From NCBI RefSeq assembly GCF_001194135.2, contig NC_068995.1:13838333-13902332 (forward strand): a stretch of 64,000 nt of DNA. The letters run 5' to 3'. The number at the start of each line of letters is the position of its first letter. Position 1 is the stretch's first letter. Origin of the DNA: Octopus bimaculoides. Its lineage: Eukaryota. A program made the translations under genes and the position numbers. Below are positions 61,831-64,000 of this stretch, piece after piece. Below the pieces are notes generated by a model. The model ran no database searches and was not told the DNA's origin. It worked only from the letters and a program-made list of their open reading frames with translations.

Positions 61831-63829
61831 ACTCCCCAGATGGCAAGTTAAGTCAATAGTAATATTGATTTCTTGCATAGGCATGAGAACAGAAATTTGT
61901 AGTGATAAGAACAGTTGTTTATATTTGACTGGGGTTTTACTTTATTGACCCTTAAAGGAATCAACCTAGGGTGCATTTGAACTCAGAATATAAAGACAGG
62001 CATAATGCTACTAAGCATTGTGCCAGGCATGCTAATGATTCTGCCAGCTCACCACCTTAATAATAATAATAATAGTAATAATAATAATAATAATAATTAT
62101 GGTTTTTAACATAGACACAAAACCACAAATTTGCAAGAGGTGGGTAGTTGATTAAATTGACCTTCGAAATTGCCTCGTATTTTCCTGATCCTGTTGAGTG
62201 TCAGTCTTATTATATAATAATAATAATAGTAATGATAATAATAATTCTTTAAATTTTTTTTCTCCCTAGAGTTGATTATAACTTTCAGTAGTGGGATTGG
62301 ACCAAAATTGTGACCAATATAGTCCCTACACTGATTTTTTTAAATGATTCCAATTTTTTTTATACAAAATTGACTTGGGCAGGATTTGAAACCAGAACAT
62401 CATTTTATCCTATGCCATGTTACGCAGTCTGTAGTAGCCTTCATCGAAACTATTTCTATTGTCTATATAACAATGGAGCAATAGATGAGAAAATTTGGTT
62501 GAAATGCCTTTGACACTTTAGTATGGCAGTTCAAAGAAGTTTACGAAAGAAAAGTCGTTTTTGCTTTTGTACAAATTTTCTTTTTTTTCTTCTTTGGAGA
62601 ATAGCTTTAAAATGTCAGCTGAACCTATGCAACTTCTCTTTCTGTGTGAAATTTTCTGTAAGATGTCAGCAACTCGTTTGATCTAATATTGGTCTGGGAA
62701 ATGAAATTTGCAATTATTCATAGCATGCATGTGTGTTACATGTAGATGTTTCTTCTTTGGAACTGGACCTTGAAGTGTGTAAATGCTATTAAATAACAGC
62801 TGGTAAATAATGAGTTAAAAACGCCTTTTGGATAGAAAAGGTTGAAGGGTGGCTGTGGCACATGAATCTATGTCTCTTAACCCTTTGGAGACAGGGCTTC
62901 ATTAAGAGTTTCGGTGCCAAGAAGAAGGAGTCCTTTTCACAAGCCCCTACAGAGAGTGCATTTATTTAAAAAAGGAAATTATAAAAATAAAGTAATTAGT
63001 ATAGGCACAGGAGTGGGTGTGAAGTAAGTAGTTTGCTTACCAACCACATGGTCCCAGGTTCAGTCCCATTGCGTGGCACCTTGGGCAAGTTTCACTCTTT
63101 TTTATACAATTCCTAATAATATTGAATTATAAAAATAAAATAGGATCTTTTTTAATCATTGAATAGTTATGGACGTCCACCTGAGTAAAGTAGGAATCCA
63201 AGGGAGTCCATAGGCAAAAAGTGGTAGGGAATCACTGATCCACGTGCTACTTTAGCAACTCTATCATCCCCCCCTCCTATGTATGACTATTGGCACTGTT
63301 TGTGGTTGTCTCAAAATCAACAAATGCATTTGTTTCATGGCCAAATATTGAACTGACAACATTGACATAAGGAGGTCACGGAGTTATTGGAAGGGAGGTA
63401 GAGAGGATAAGAGATGACTAAATTGGCTGGTATTTATCATTCTCATTATGAAGAAAAGCAAAGTTGACTCTGGTACAATTTGAATTCAAGAATGTGAAAG
63501 AATGTAGTAACTAAATATTCTATTTTAAAAGAATTAAACTTTTATTTTTATCGGTTCTATATAATTGAAACCATCTAAATAGCCAAATATATCTCCAGCA
63601 CATCTGTGGTACTATACCCTAAAACTAAATCAAAATGTACTGCATTTTACATTAATTTCCCATTTGGATGATCCACAACTCTCAAAAGACCCCTTGAATG
63701 TAAATTTTTTTTTTTTCTAGCATGTTCCCCTACAGTTTTATAGCATCTGATGAATACCTGACTGCAGTTAAGGAGTACCAAGATTTTATCCATTCTCATG
63801 ATATGAATATCATATCCTACTAACAATTC

Positions 63830-64000
63830 GATCAGAATCATTAGCACACTGGGCAAAATGCTTAGCGACATTTCATCCGCCTTAACGTTTTGAGTTCAAA
63901 TTCTGTCAAGATTGACTTTGCCTTTCATCCTTTCGAGGATTGACAACTGGGGTCGATGTACTCAACTTGCCCTCTCCCCCTAAATTGCTGGTCTTTTGCC
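63830..64000 (+). mobile_element. SINE family B copy running off the window edge
   Basis: cagaatcattagcacactgggcaaaatgcttagcg...gagttcaaattc...ctggggtcgatg. Confidence 0.8.

Noticed and set aside
63740-63800. CTGATGA motif suggesting a hammerhead ribozyme (also near 30790)
   Set aside because: No stem II followed by GAAA and no flanking helices.

Overview
AT-rich, repeat-dense eukaryotic scaffold DNA with ten N-gaps. The repeat repertoire (tRNA-headed SINEs with TG/TA hinges and (ATT)n tails, RTE LINE debris) looks like Octopus/coleoid cephalopod; this is pattern recognition, not a database match. I can support only one protein-coding exon: 42666-42854 (+), the start-codon exon of an SLMAP ortholog (N-terminal part of the FHA domain). 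It has a clear AG acceptor at 42637-42638, an in-frame upstream stop and a phase-0 GTAAGT donor. The rest appears intronic or intergenic: at least five retroposon families, three RTE LINE remnants, and MITEs of hAT, piggyBac and Tc1/mariner type. All other ORFs in the track are microsatellite, gap or repeat artefacts. I found no enzyme cassette, CRISPR array or novel gene system. The best leads cluster around the SLMAP exon: a 248-bp near-perfect hairpin 235 nt into the intron, a splice acceptor contiguous with a SINE tail, an inverted SINE pair bracketing the exon, and an overlapping uORF. Repeat boundaries are approximate (about 10-20 nt) unless TIRs or TSDs are quoted.
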